DNA of 64,000 nucleotides, taken from assembly GCA_951406725.2 (NCBI GenBank), contig OX597838.1:9486001-9550000 (forward strand), in the 5' to 3' direction. Below, piece by piece: positions 12,961 to 28,672 of this stretch; positions within the stretch are counted from its first letter, which is position 1; every line of letters starts with the position of its first letter. Below the pieces are notes generated by a model. That model did no database searches and had not been told where the DNA came from. It saw only the letters and a list, made by a program, of their open reading frames with translations. This DNA is from Octopus vulgaris. Lineage: Eukaryota. Made by a program: the position numbers and the translations under genes.

Positions 12961-13239
12961 AAACTATTATTAGCGGTTGGAATTTGGCAAAGAAGTTAGG
13001 TAAGTGTATACACACGTACGTATGTAAATACATAAATAGATGGTATTTAAAAGGAAATCTGGAATCAAAAGAGAATATTGAATCCAAAAGCTAGAAGCTG
13101 TTGCTATATTCGAACATGGTGGCAAATCCCAGCTAGTTCTAATCTGACGTTAATCCAACTGGAAAATCTTTGAAGAAGCTACGATGAAGACATTAGTTTT
13201 CCGTATTATTCTTCAAATAGTGCACTAACACACACGAAT

Positions 13240-13270
<31 letters not shown>

Positions 13271-13296
13271 ACACACATATGTATGTATATATCTGT

Positions 13297-13352
<56 letters not shown>

Positions 13353-13462
13353 GCACACACATACATATTGGTATCGGATCATAGAAATTCACATACACAA
13401 GCATAGAATGTTTCCTGTCTCGCTCGGTTTCTTGTTATTCCTTCGTGTGTATATACATATAC

Positions 13463-13563
<101 letters not shown>

Positions 13564-13612
13564 TACACATACATGTTCACTGGCATATACATACACATAC
13601 ATGTTCACTGGC

Positions 13613-13672
<60 letters not shown>

Positions 13673-13715
13673 GTATATGTATATGCCAGTGAACATGTAT
13701 GTGTATGTGCGTGTA

Positions 13716-13763
<48 letters not shown>

Positions 13764-13935
13764 TATGTATATATATTTTGTTTTTTTTTTTTTAAAAAAA
13801 TATATATATATGATACGCACATACACATACATGTTCACTGGCATATACATATATATATATATATATGTATGTATATAATATATATATTCACATACATGTA
13901 TGTATATATATATACATATATATATGTATATACAT

Positions 13936-14075
<140 letters not shown>

Positions 14076-14222
14076 CATGTACTTTTAAGGTGTGTATATA
14101 TATATATGCCTGTGAACGTGTATGTGTGTGTGCGTGCACCTGCATATATATATATATATATATATATGACATTCAATACAGAGACGGACAAACAGACAGG
14201 TAGATAAATAATGGATATACAA

Positions 14223-14263
<41 letters not shown>

Positions 14264-14607
14264 CATGTGTAAACACGTACATACATACATTAAATGTGTA
14301 TATTGTGTGCGTGTTTGTGTCCGTGTGTGTATGTGTGTGTGTGTATGTATGTGTGTGTGTGTGTGCATCTGTGCGTGTACAATAGGCTATCTCCGTTTCT
14401 GTCTGTATATTACATGGAATGAAATTGCGCATGAAATTGCGTGTGCATATGAATATATACTCCAAGTGACACTTATACATATGAGTATGCGTGTAAGTGC
14501 AAATTTGCGGAAATGTATGCGCATAGCCTTTCCAGCATTACTTGGTCGCACAAGTATGAGCTTGTTTATACACTCACGAGCACACACGCATACACACACA
14601 CACACAC

Positions 14608-14657
<50 letters not shown>

Positions 14658-14904
14658 AGTACACACACACACATATATGTATATATATATATATATACAC
14701 ATACACACAAATATGCATACACATACATACACATATTCATACTTACATACATACATAGACACGCACATACATACATAATATATACATACTTAGTCACCTG
14801 TACTAATGTACAACGTACTAACATACGGTAGATAAGTAACTAGAGAGTGAGAAAGAGAGAGAGAGAGAGAGACACAGGCAGAGACAGAGAGAAAAACAAA
14901 ACGA

Positions 14905-15143
<239 letters not shown>

Positions 15144-16539
15144 GTTCTAGAAAGACGCCTTCTCTCTTTCTTTTATCTCTCTCTCACTCATATGTATATA
15201 CAGAGAGAGAGAGAAAAGAGAAAGAGAGAACGCTTGGTGTTGTCGTCGTGTTTGTGTAAATGTAAAATCATTCTGTCTCATAATCTTCCTCTCACAAAGA
15301 GCGAAAGGATGATTATGAGAGGGAGGCAGAGAAAGACAGAGTAAGCATGAGTACGTATTTGGGGAAGAATGACATAGAGAGGGTTGAAGTAATGGAGAGA
15401 GAAACAGGGGCACAAACAGACAGTCAACAAACAGACATACATACAATCAGTGTGTGTATGTGTGTGTGCGCGCATGCGTGTGTGAAAGAATAAAATGTGG
15501 ACTGAAAGCATCATAGATAGGTATAGTGGATTGTCTGGTTAGTTCCTTAGAGAGTAGCACCTCTCTAATCAGATGAAACTGTCCAATCACATCCGATACT
15601 GTATTTGAAGGTGGTGTCTATTAAATATACTGCCTCTGTAACAGCATGAGAAACAAATTACTTCAAAAGTCCAAACGACATATTAATAGCCGTAAGAAAC
15701 GTAATTTATGCATTGCTGAGAAGAGACTAATATTGAAGTATTTAAAACAAGTAGGTCTCTGCCTTAATTCCAAATTCGAAATGAACGGAATATGTAGGCA
15801 CAAAAGAAAGTTCGTCTTGAGATCATGGGATTGATGGGTGGGTAATGCAAGTATTTCCTGCATGGAACAGTCTTTAGCCAATAAAAATCGTATTTTAACA
15901 GGAGATTAATCGACTCTATCACACAGACGCACACACGCATATATTCCTGAAAATCCTGTGCAATGACAGGTGAGAATCAGTAAGAGATTGACTCAACCAA
16001 ACTGGCTATTAGAAAATAGTGGGTTAAGTCACTTCTCTTTAAATTCACATCGTGTTATCCGAACTAAAATTTTAAAAAGAAAGATAATTTAGTCAAAGAA
16101 AATTATATTTGGGAAAATGGGAATGTGATTGTTAGAATGTCTTAGATAACGGCACTAACAGATAAAGGTTGATACAAGACTATACAACAATAACAACAAC
16201 CACAACAACAAAAGTATCGATGATATTTGTAATGATAATAAAGTTTCTTCATCTTCAGGGACCTACTTGGTTAGAATTGGCCAGTGGAGTTGAGGAGTGC
16301 AAAGACCCAACCATTCACATCAGCAAAGACAACTGCGACCATCTCCACCGCAGCACTACCATATTTATGCAACGTGTGTGGGTTGTTGAAACCTATCCCA
16401 CTCAGTTTAGTGCTGTCTTTCAAATCAATAGGCAATTGATAGACATTATGTAGTCTTAAAAATGGCGTTTCTCGGTTTAGTACATTCGTTTAACGATAGA
16501 GTACAAAGGAAAGAAAGCGCGCATGGAATGCGTATACAT

Positions 16540-16621
<82 letters not shown>

Positions 16622-16653
16622 ACATATATGTATATATGTATTTACGTATTATG

Positions 16654-16685
<32 letters not shown>

Positions 16686-16830
16686 CATGCATACATACGT
16701 ACATATATACATATATACATACACACATATACATGTATGCATGTGTACACGTATACTCATTCCCATGCGCACTTTTCTTTGTACTTGTCTATCGTTAAAC
16801 GAGGTACTAAGCCGAAAAACGCTATTATTA

Positions 16831-16878
<48 letters not shown>

Positions 16879-16918
16879 CATATATATATATATATATATA
16901 CATATGAATACATAAATA

Positions 16919-16972
<54 letters not shown>

Positions 16973-17003
16973 ACGTTGAAAACACTATATAGTTGTCTTA
17001 AGA

Positions 17004-17048
<45 letters not shown>

Positions 17049-17544
17049 GATCTTCTTAAGACAACTGAATATAGTGTTTTTCCACGTCTTACTAGCCTGT
17101 GTATGTACATATACATACATACATGAATACATAATGAATACATACATACATACATACATACATACATACATACTTACTTACATAACACATAAGTACGTAC
17201 GTACGTACATATACACAGATATAAAAATACAACTAAATACACATGCAAAAAATAGCGATAAAATGATCTGAGAGAAAATAAATGAACAGAAATAATAATA
17301 AAAAAAAAGCAATAATGTTTTCATTTGCGTCTCTGACATTTTTGTGTCAATGTACTGCACCAGAATTTTCCGAATATAAATATAAATGAACTTTACGCCA
17401 AGCACAACCTCGAGACATACAAGAAATGTCAACCATCGATTGTGGAAGGTCACTGGATTAAACAGGAAGGGTTGTTGTTTTTTTTTATTATTTAAATTCT
17501 TATTTTGGATACGAAAGGATTAACAATGTGGAGGAATGTAAGAA

Positions 17545-17679
17545 TGTGGTGGTGGTGGTGGTGTGGTGGTGGTGGTGGTGGTGGTGGTGGATGTGGTCGT
17601 TGTCGTCGTCGTGTGGTGGTGGTAATGGTGGTAGTGTTGTTGTTGTTTTCTTCTTCGTCTTCTTCTTCTTCTTCTTCTA

Positions 17680-17733
<54 letters not shown>

Positions 17734-17806
17734 GTTATTATTATTATTATTATTATTATTTTTATCATTATTATTATTATTATTGTTATTATTATCCTCA
17801 TCATCA

Positions 17807-17841
<35 letters not shown>

Positions 17842-17884
17842 TTTTTTTTTTTTATTGTTATCCTCATCATGATCATTATTATTT

Positions 17885-17951
<67 letters not shown>

Positions 17952-17968
17952 CATCATCATCATCATCA

Positions 17969-18014
<46 letters not shown>

Positions 18015-18062
18015 CATCATTATTATTATTATTATTTTTATTTATTTATTTATTTATTTATT
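17545..18062. repeat. Compound (GGT)n/(TCT)n/(TTA)n microsatellite
   Basis: Direct reading. Confidence 0.97.
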
Positions 18063-18840
18063 CATTGTGGAAGCATGCGTATTTTCTTGCTCGGAAATTT
18101 ATCGTTTTAATCCATGTCTCCAAAAGTTGTTAATTGTTTATTTTGTTTTAAAAAAACGCTTGTTAGAAACACCATAATTGAATAGGTTTGGCTTGTCCGT
18201 TTGTTTGTGTCCCTTTGGGGGTCATAATTTCTAAAAGAAAATGTTCATTCTGTTTCGGGAAAAATATTATCATTTGCAGGAGCGGCTGCGAAAGGCACCG
18301 TTATATAGGAAGGACATACTACAGACGGATATAGTCTGGCCCAAGCGGCCAAACTGTTAAAGCTGAAAAAAAAGCGTGGATGGACATTGCCGTCCCCGTC
18401 CCCGAGGTGTTGGGGTGAACACATAAAAAACCCGTAATTTATAAATGGGTTCTTGTAAACACCAAGCAGTCGGGAACGGTTAGTCAGGCAGATGTACACT
18501 GAAAGAGATAATGCGCGATATTCGGCTTAACTCGAGAGCCAAGCAGTTTGCAAGCATTTCAGCGCTCTTCGTGACTCAAACGCTGCCCAACAAATGTTCC
18601 GCGGTTCTCTGTCGGAGTTCGGGGTGTCCAGGATGAGCAAGGTTCTTTGATTGCCCCTGGATCGAGTTTCCCCCTTTTGGGGAATTCTATTGTTTGAGTT
18701 ATTGTTATTTGTTTTGTTTTTTTTTTCACTCTTTACACGCACTTTATATAAATTCCCACTTGTGATCCATCGTCCTCTGTTTTTGTGTGCCCGTGTGATC
18801 AATAAAGAATTATCACTATTATTATTATTATTATTATTAT

Positions 18841-18891
<51 letters not shown>

Positions 18892-19261
18892 CAGCAGCAG
18901 CAGCAGTAGTAGTAGTTGTTGTAGTAGTAGTATATAAATATACTCGTATGTATGTATATATATATATACAGATATACATACAAATATACATACAAACATA
19001 CACGTATATATATATATATATATATATTATACACAGATATACATACAAATATACATACAAACATACACGTATATGTATATTTATATACGCAAGTTTCTTG
19101 ATGTTAAATTGTGAATAGAAATTGATATTGCCTTTTGGGTGGAACATAATGTCAATAAAATGAGCAATATATAGATGAGTGTGTGTGTGTCTGTCTGTCT
19201 CTGTCTGTGTGCGAGCATACATGTCCGTATATGTGTGTGTGTGTACACGCACGTGTATATA

Positions 19262-19600
<339 letters not shown>

Positions 19601-20131
19601 CACATGTTGCATCTACATACATACAAATCTACATATACACTTTATATATATATTATGTCTACTTACAAACATGCATTCATGTTTATACATATCCAGACAT
19701 ATTTTAAAAGCAAGAACATATGATAAAAAAATAGCGGATATACATTTGAAAAAATAACGCCAGGAAAAAGAAAACAAAATATCATTTTTTTTAAGGAAAA
19801 ACGTTTAGTTTATTTGTGAACCGTAATGACTGATAGAGACATCAAACGTATTGTTGAACTGAGAGTTAAACATACTTCTAATATTTTATTTTCAATTATA
19901 GCTTCCTTTTCTCCCGTCAATGCACAACGAACGTTAAAACTGGATTAAATTACAGGATACAAAGAAAAATATCTAAGAAACTTTGACAGACGGAGAAATG
20001 CAAATGGCAGACTCACGCTATTAAGTTTAACTTCTTATGCTAGAGAGTAAGAAAAGGGGAGATATTTATAGAGTTGATTATTGTTCAGTGATGGAGACGA
20101 TGATGAAGATGTATTGTTTCATAATACTTTC

Positions 20132-20335
20132 TACAATAAGCATAAGGCCTGAAATTTTTGTGGGCGAGTGGTTTGTCGATTACATCGACCCCAGTATTCA
20201 ACTGGTACACACTTTATCGACCCCGAAGGGATGAAAGGCAAAGACGACCTAGGCGGTATTTGAACTCGGAAGGTAAATTCGGGAGAAAAACAGCTAAGCG
20301 TTTTGTACGGCGTGCAAAAGATTCTGCCAACTTGC
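20132..20335 (-). mobile_element. SINE family 2, old copy
   Basis: Reverse-complement match to the central domain. Confidence 0.8.
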
Positions 20336-20652
20336 AACCATTCATTGCTATATGTGCATGTATCGACGACGTCAGTATCGACGACGAATAATCACGTTTT
20401 CTCCTATCAACTGGATTAACTGCTCATTGAAGTAGCAGCGTTTATGGCTGAGTATTCGAAGCATAAGGTAACTTTTCGATGGTGAAGTTCAGGTTTAATG
20501 AGTTGTTTTGTCAGAAAATATGCAAACGGTTCTGTGATTTGTCTGTTAACCTACTTATCAATTCTTTGGTCATTGCTAAATTAACTCTAAGGCTCTCTGA
20601 TTGCAGATTTATCTATTAAGGTGTTGTTTAATGTCTACGTACATATATTTTT

Positions 20653-20878
20653 ATAACGGGAAGGTTTACGAAAATAAACAAAAGACGAAGGCAGGTGGAG
20701 TACAAACAAACAAATGTATTAGCATAGCGCTCAGGAATAGAAATAGAAAAAGTCTTTTACGTTTCGAGCCTACGCTCTTCGACAGAAAGATACACAGAAA
20801 AAAACCAGGAGAGAAACAAGGAGAGAAAAAAATGCGTGTAGTAGCTAACGATCTATCATGGCGTCCTGACTTCGGACA
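20653..20878 (-). mobile_element. Short non-coding PLE-derived element (family A), hammerhead-like motif at 20753-20790
   Basis: Reverse complement of 31979-32197; the 38-nt motif is identical; abuts (CATA)n/(TA)n. Confidence 0.7.
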
Positions 20879-20884
20879 ACATAC

Positions 20885-20928
<44 letters not shown>

Positions 20929-21107
20929 TGGGAGAGAGGGGGAAGAGAGGCGATAAAGAGTTAAGGACACACAGACAGACAAACTGAAAGACAACAGTCA
21001 GACAAAGACTGATGCATAGACGTTTACGTAGACATACATTCTTATATGAATAAATTTCGGAAAAATTTAGTAACATATTACGCATTAATATAAATCTAAA
21101 TAAACAC

Positions 21108-21206
<99 letters not shown>

Positions 21207-21731
21207 CAGACAGATAGTACGTGTGGGAACGTGCCTTCTTTGTTTCCTTGTTTACATACTTAGATAAACATCTCAATTCGAAATTAAGAAATATTTTATT
21301 GAAATTTCCTATAAAAGCATATCTGACGCAATATGCAGGAGAACTTCTATGCCAATACCTGGCGATGAATAGCTGGGTTGTATGTCTGAATGGATGATCT
21401 CCACTTCGCTTCTTCACTCTTTAGTCTATATTTATTTTCACCATTCTTCTCGATTCTATATGCAAATGTGGAACATCAACGACATATACATACATACATA
21501 CAAACATACAAACATGCAATTATATATATATATATATATACAAACATGTAATTATGTATATATATATATATAAGTTGCATTACGTGCGCATACAAATATA
21601 TATTTGAATATGTGTATGTATACACACACACACAAACACATATACATATATATATTTATATATATGTATATATATAAATATTTATTTGTATATGTGTTTG
21701 TTATATATATGCATATATATATTTAAATATA

Positions 21732-21762
<31 letters not shown>

Positions 21763-21787
21763 GTATGTATGTATATATATATACATG

Positions 21788-21827
<40 letters not shown>

Positions 21828-21828
<1 letters not shown>

Positions 21829-21920
21829 GTATACTTTGGTATCTCGTATACATATATATATTTGTTCCACGTCCTCGTGCTGTTGTGTTTTTCTTTGTGT
21901 TTTCATGTTTGGATCACCTT
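21828..21920 (+). mobile_element. 5'-truncated family B fragment inside (TA)n
   Basis: TTTGTTCCACGTCCTCG.G.TGTTGTGTTTT.CTTTGTGTTTTCATGTTTGGAT matches 53183-53237; flanked by (TA)n. Confidence 0.65.
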
Positions 21921-21933
21921 TATATATATATAT

Positions 21934-22016
<83 letters not shown>

Positions 22017-22090
22017 TATGTATGTAAACATATATGTATGCATATATATATATACACACATATATATAAATATATATATACACATATATA

Positions 22091-22155
<65 letters not shown>

Positions 22156-22592
22156 AAGGCATGGAGAAATTGGTGAGTGTGTGAGAGAGACAGGGAGGAA
22201 GCGCAGGGACAAAGAGAGATTCGAGACAGCAGAAGAATGCATTCTTCCTTTACTAATTACATTTCTACGACTATTTTGTATGTCTACGAATGTATTTACG
22301 TATATGTATGTGCATGTGCACTTATGCAGTTATATAAACACATATATATATATATGCACACGAACACATACACACACGCACATCTCTGTGTATGTGAAAC
22401 GTGTTGGATTCTATTTATAATTCCCTATTTTTCGGTGTTTTCAATTGGACAACATCTAAACGTCGTTTTGATATTTTTTCCTGTATTTCTCTTCCAATAT
22501 AATTCCTTGGCCATAATTTAACGACGTCCATTTCTTTAGACTCTATATCTTTCTCTAAACATACATACATTCATAAATACAGACAAACAAAC

Positions 22593-23215
<623 letters not shown>

Positions 23216-23351
23216 ATGCATACATACATGATTACATATATACATGTGTGTCCATGTATACATGTATGTATATATGTATATGTGTGTGTTTATTATACAC
23301 ACTCACACACTCATATCCATGTAATGAGAATGCGTACGCGTGCGTGCGTAT

Positions 23352-23388
<37 letters not shown>

Positions 23389-23859
23389 TGTGTGTAAATG
23401 AAATAAACACAAGTAAATACGTGTACATCAAAATGCATGCGTGCACACATGAACACATGGATGCACCTTTGCACACTTGGGAATGAATTTTCTAATAGTT
23501 ATATCCACACAATTAGCTATGAAAATATTTATATATATACATATATTTATATATATAAATGTGTGTGTGCGTGTGTATATATATATATATATGTGTGTGT
23601 GTGTATATATATGTGTGTGTGTATGTAAGTGTTGTCTGTATATGAACTTGCAAATGAATATGTGTATGCACGTGTATTTATATGCATATGTGTGTATTTC
23701 TATACATATCCATATGTGTGTTGTGTGCATGTGCGTGTGCGTTCGTGTGGATGTAGTGTGTGTGTGTCTGTGCTCGGAGACGTGTATTGAGTCTTATATT
23801 TATTGTGATGCTGGTGATGGTGATGATGTGGAAAACTACGTCTTCTATATTTCGATGGT

Positions 23860-24122
23860 TGGATGCACGCATGCATGGATGGATGGATGGATGGATGGAG
23901 GGATGGATGGATGGATGGACAGATGCATGGATGGATGGATGGATGCTTGCATGCATGCATGGATGGATGGATGGATGGATGGATGGATGGATGGATGGAT
24001 GGACAGATGCATGGATGGATGGATGCATGGATGGATGGATGGATGGATGGATGGATGCATGGATGGATGGATGCATGGATGGATGCATGGATGGATGCAT
24101 GCATGGATGCATGGATGCATAG
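23860..24122. repeat. (GGAT)n/(GCAT)n microsatellite
   Basis: Direct reading. Confidence 0.97.
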
Positions 24123-24282
24123 ATGTGTGTTTACGTCCCTGTAACTTAGCGGTTCGGCAAAAGAGGCCGATAGAATAAGCACTAGGCTGACAAAGAATAA
24201 GTCCTGGGGTCGATTTGCTCGACGAAAGGCGGTGCTTCAGTATGGCCGCAGTCAAATGACTGAAACAGGTAAAAGAATAAAA

Positions 24283-24285
<3 letters not shown>
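24123..24285 (+). mobile_element. SINE family 1, 3' half
   Basis: GTGTTTACGTCCC...GAATAAGTCCTGGGGTCGATTTGCTCGAC...TGACTGAAACAGGTAAAAGA. Confidence 0.88.
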
Positions 24286-24321
<36 letters not shown>

Positions 24322-25695
24322 CACGTGTGTATGTATGTATATATGTATGTACGTACATACGTACGTACCTATGTATTTATGTATGTATGTATGTATGTAT
24401 GTATGTATGTATGTATGTATGTATGTATACACGTATATTTGTGGGTCTTTAATATCATTCTTTGTTCACTGATCGATTCCTCGATGAAAATCGATTTCTT
24501 AATTCACACCGTGAATTGCTAATAGCTTATGTAACTCACTAAAACTTACAATTTCCATAATGACTATATTTCTTGTATAGAAAAACTGTACTCAACCAAT
24601 TCTTCTCTGCAGATCTTATATGCCCGCAAAGAAAAATCTGACAAATTCTGATACATTTCTGCTGATAAACATTGAATTATCTGTGTTCATGCATTAAATA
24701 CATGTCGTTTCTTGGAGCCATTCTCAGATATATTTTGTTCAGTTTCTTTCAAATTCTTAATCAACAAGTAATACATCTTTGTTCTTTTGTTTATTTGTTT
24801 GTTTTTGTTTTGCTTTTGTTGATTTTGATTTCATTCTTTTTTTTTTTTCTTTCGTAACACAAAGGCGGCTAACCATACGGAAATGCGCTGCGGTTTTCAT
24901 TGATAATAAAAGGTGGCGGTTAAAACAAAAGGAACAGAAAATACTCTTAAGAATCCTTGTTTAATACCAACGCGTTCGAAAATATATATATTGTGATGTG
25001 GTGGCATTCAGTTCCTGAAATGATAACAAAATATAACTATAAATAGTGAACAGTAAGATATACATATATATGTAAATATACATCACATATATATACATAT
25101 ATATGCATATACACACATATATATATGTATATGCATATATATGTATATATATGTATATATGTATATATGTATATATGTACATATATATATATATATTTAA
25201 TATAAATGTATGTATGTATATATATATATGTATTTGACACTTATATATACATATGCATATATATATATACTTATACAAATATATATGTGTGTGTGTATGT
25301 GTGTGAATGTATATGTATGTATATATACATATACATATATATAAAATCAAAATAAGCAACAAAGATATCGTTGTTGCTTATTTTGATTATAATCACCTCA
25401 TTTTGAATTCTATGGATAACACCAAAATCTGGTGCCTTTAATTTAAGTACCATATTCAACAGAATCTAAATTTTTACTGAACTTATATATATATATATAT
25501 ATATACATACATACATACATACATACATACATACATACATACATACATACATACATACACATGCATGATGAGAAAATCCAAGCAGCGATATATATATATA
25601 TATGTGCAGGAGCGTGTGCATGCGTGTGTGTATGTGTATATAGTCTCGGACTGTTTGAGAACTACGACTAAATACTACTTTCGAAGAATTTTTCT

Positions 25696-25726
<31 letters not shown>

Positions 25727-26163
25727 AACTACCAAAGCTACCGATTCTCAATAAGAATGGATAAAATTGCAGGATCTCTAATAACCGTGCAGAATATCGA
25801 AGACTAAGACACGCAAACGGCGGAAACATGATACAAAGTTTAACTTCTAGGACTAGAGAGTAACCAGATACTTTCTAGAAAGCAGAATGAGTTTGATGAG
25901 CAAGTATAGCTGCTTATTTTAAATTCCATGTTATATATTAGTTAACATGTGACACAAATATACGCATGTCTCTGTCACACATTCTTAATTTCATTCTATT
26001 CGGTCTTATATGTGAAAATGCCTATTTATATATTTAATTTCACTTGGGCATTGTAGTATGTACCTGTGTGGATGCGTGTCTGTATGTACCTGTAAGTTTT
26101 GCTTTGTATCTTTCTGTATCTGCGGGTGCCTCAGCCTCATGGTTCCGTGTCCAGTCCCACTGA

Positions 26164-26202
<39 letters not shown>

Positions 26203-26512
26203 GAGAGAGAGAGAGAGGGTGGAGGGTGAGAGAAAGATACTACATACACAAATATTGACACATTCATGTAAGCATACATAAAAATAACAGACAAATATAC
26301 AGACATACGCACGCACATATGTATGTGTGTAGGCATGTATTTATCTATCAATACACGCACAAGCTCACACACACACACACAGACATATGTTTATCTATCT
26401 ATCTATATATATATCTTTATATATGTGTCTATGTGAGTAATGGTGTGTATATGTGTGTGTATTAATACAAGAGTATTTTTATGTTAGTTTTTTATGTATG
26501 CATGTATGTTTA

Positions 26513-26679
<167 letters not shown>

Positions 26680-27147
26680 GTATGTATGTATGTATGTATG
26701 CATGTATGTATGTATATCAGCTCCAAACTTCCTGAAACCTTCCTAGCAGAAAGTACGAGGCAGAAATAAGAAATATAATGCCTAATAATCGCGAGTACTG
26801 GCACAAAATATTGACGTTCAACATAACGTGACTCACCTATTTATTTTCTGAGAATAAAAAGACTACGGATGGCGAAACTGATATATCAGGAAACCGACTT
26901 GCCATACATAGTCGGGCAGATTCCGTTGCCAAAACATATAAACAAGCACTTGGCATCAAACTATAGACCTATTGTTTATGCTTAGACATTAGATAAAAGC
27001 GTTAGGCAGGCTGTTTGAATCAGCTCCATCAAGCACGTTTTAAGTTCAACAAAGTATGTAGTAATTGATAAGCAGCCATCAGGTGCAAGGAGATTGTGGG
27101 AATGCACTAAATAGCTCCACTTTTGTTACCGTATTACTGTTAAAATA

Positions 27148-27533
27148 TGGAGGCGCAATGGCCCAGTGGTTAGGGCAGCGGACTCGCGGTCATAGGATCG
27201 CGATTTCGATTCCCAGACCGGGCGTTGTGAGTGTTTATTGAGCGAAAACACCTAAAAAAACTCCACGAGTCTCCGGCAGGGGATGGTGGTGATCCCTGCT
27301 GTACTCTTTCGCCACAACTTTCTCTCACTCTTACTTCCTGTTTCTGTTGTACCTGTATTTCAAAGGACCGGTCTTGTCACTCTCTGTGTCACGCTGAATA
27401 TCCCCGAGAACTACGTTAACGGTACACGTGTCTGTGGAGTGCTCAGCCACTTACACGTTAATTTCACGAGCAGGCTGTTCCGTTGATTCGGATCAACCGG
27501 AACCCTCGTCGTCGTAACCGACGGAGTGCTTCC
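27148..27533 (+). mobile_element. SINE family 3, TSD ACTGTTAAAATA
   Basis: Family consensus; flanking direct repeats. Confidence 0.92.
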
Positions 27534-27544
27534 ACTGTTAAAAT

Positions 27545-28130
27545 ACTCTGACGTTATTGCAGTTCATTTGGAAAACTAAAATTAAGAATTTATTCAAATA
27601 ACTGTCATTATTTGGAATATAAATTAGCATAGAATTTTGCTACAAGATATTCTGACTACTTTGACAAATTTTATATTACAATTAAGATACAGAGCTTTTG
27701 TTTCAATTAATAAAAAAATTAAGTATTTAGTGAAATAACTTTGTTTATTAAGCTGGTGTTTGGGACACAAATTAACAAGGAATTTTGAAGGAAAATTTAA
27801 ATATAAATCAACTTAACGCCTTTGTTATCATATTACTGTATCCATACATTTTGTTTTAATTAATTTTGTAAAACAATCGCTTTGTCATTAAGCTAATTTT
27901 TGGGACACAAATTAACCTGGGATTTTAATGGAAGGTTTAAATTTAGATCACCTTAATCCGTTTATTACCATGGTTGATATTCTGATCACTGACAATTTTA
28001 TCATATTATCATCAAAATACACAGTTTCTATTTCAATAAATTAAAAAAACTGACTCTGTTTCAATAAATTTTGAAAAAAAAAAACAGATGAAAAAATTTA
28101 ATGTTAGTGTTTGAGATACAAATTAACCTG
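27545..28130. repeat. Degenerate AT-rich tandem repeat
   Basis: TTAAGCT..TGTTTGGGACACAAATTAAC...ATTTT.A.GGAA recurs about four times. Confidence 0.65.
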
Positions 28131-28134
28131 AGTT

Positions 28135-28672
28135 TTGAGTTCAAATTCCACCGAGGTCGACATTGCCTTTCATCCTTTCGGGGTCGATAAATTAAGTACC
28201 AGTTACGCACTGGGGTCGATGTAATCGACTTAATCCCTTTGTCTGTCCTTGTTTGTCCTCTCTGTGTTTAGCCCCTTGTGGGTAGTAAAGAAATAGGTAT
28301 TTCGTCTGCCGCTACGTTCTGAGTTCAAATTCCGCCGAGGTCGACTTTGCCTTTCATCCTTTCGGGGTCGATAAATTAAGTACCAGTTACGCACTGGAGT
28401 CGATGTAATCGACTTAATCCCTTTGTCTGTCCTTGTTTGTCCTCTCTGTGTTTAGCCCCTTGTGGGTAGTAAAGAAATAGGTATTTCGTCTGCCGCTACG
28501 TTCTGAGTTCAAATTCCGCCGAGGTCGACTTTGCCTTTCATCCTTTCGGGGTCGATAAATTAAGTACCAGTTACGCACTGGGGTCGATGTAATCGACTTA
28601 ATACCTATGTCTGTTCTTGTTTGTCCTCTCTGTGTTTAGCCCCTTGTGGGTAGTAAAGAAATAGGTATTTCG
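28135..28672 (+). mobile_element. Head-to-tail trimer of SINE family 2 (184-bp period)
   Basis: GGTATTTCG junctions at 28296, 28480 and 28664; units near-identical. Confidence 0.92.

Noticed and set aside
26092-26161. Possible minus-strand exon after a (CT)n acceptor
   Set aside because: Its start (CAGTGGGACTGGACACGGAACCATG) is a SINE family 1 fragment and the donor is weak
27148-27225. tRNA genes at SINE heads
   Set aside because: A/B boxes are present but run into SINE bodies bounded by TSDs; no complete cloverleaf
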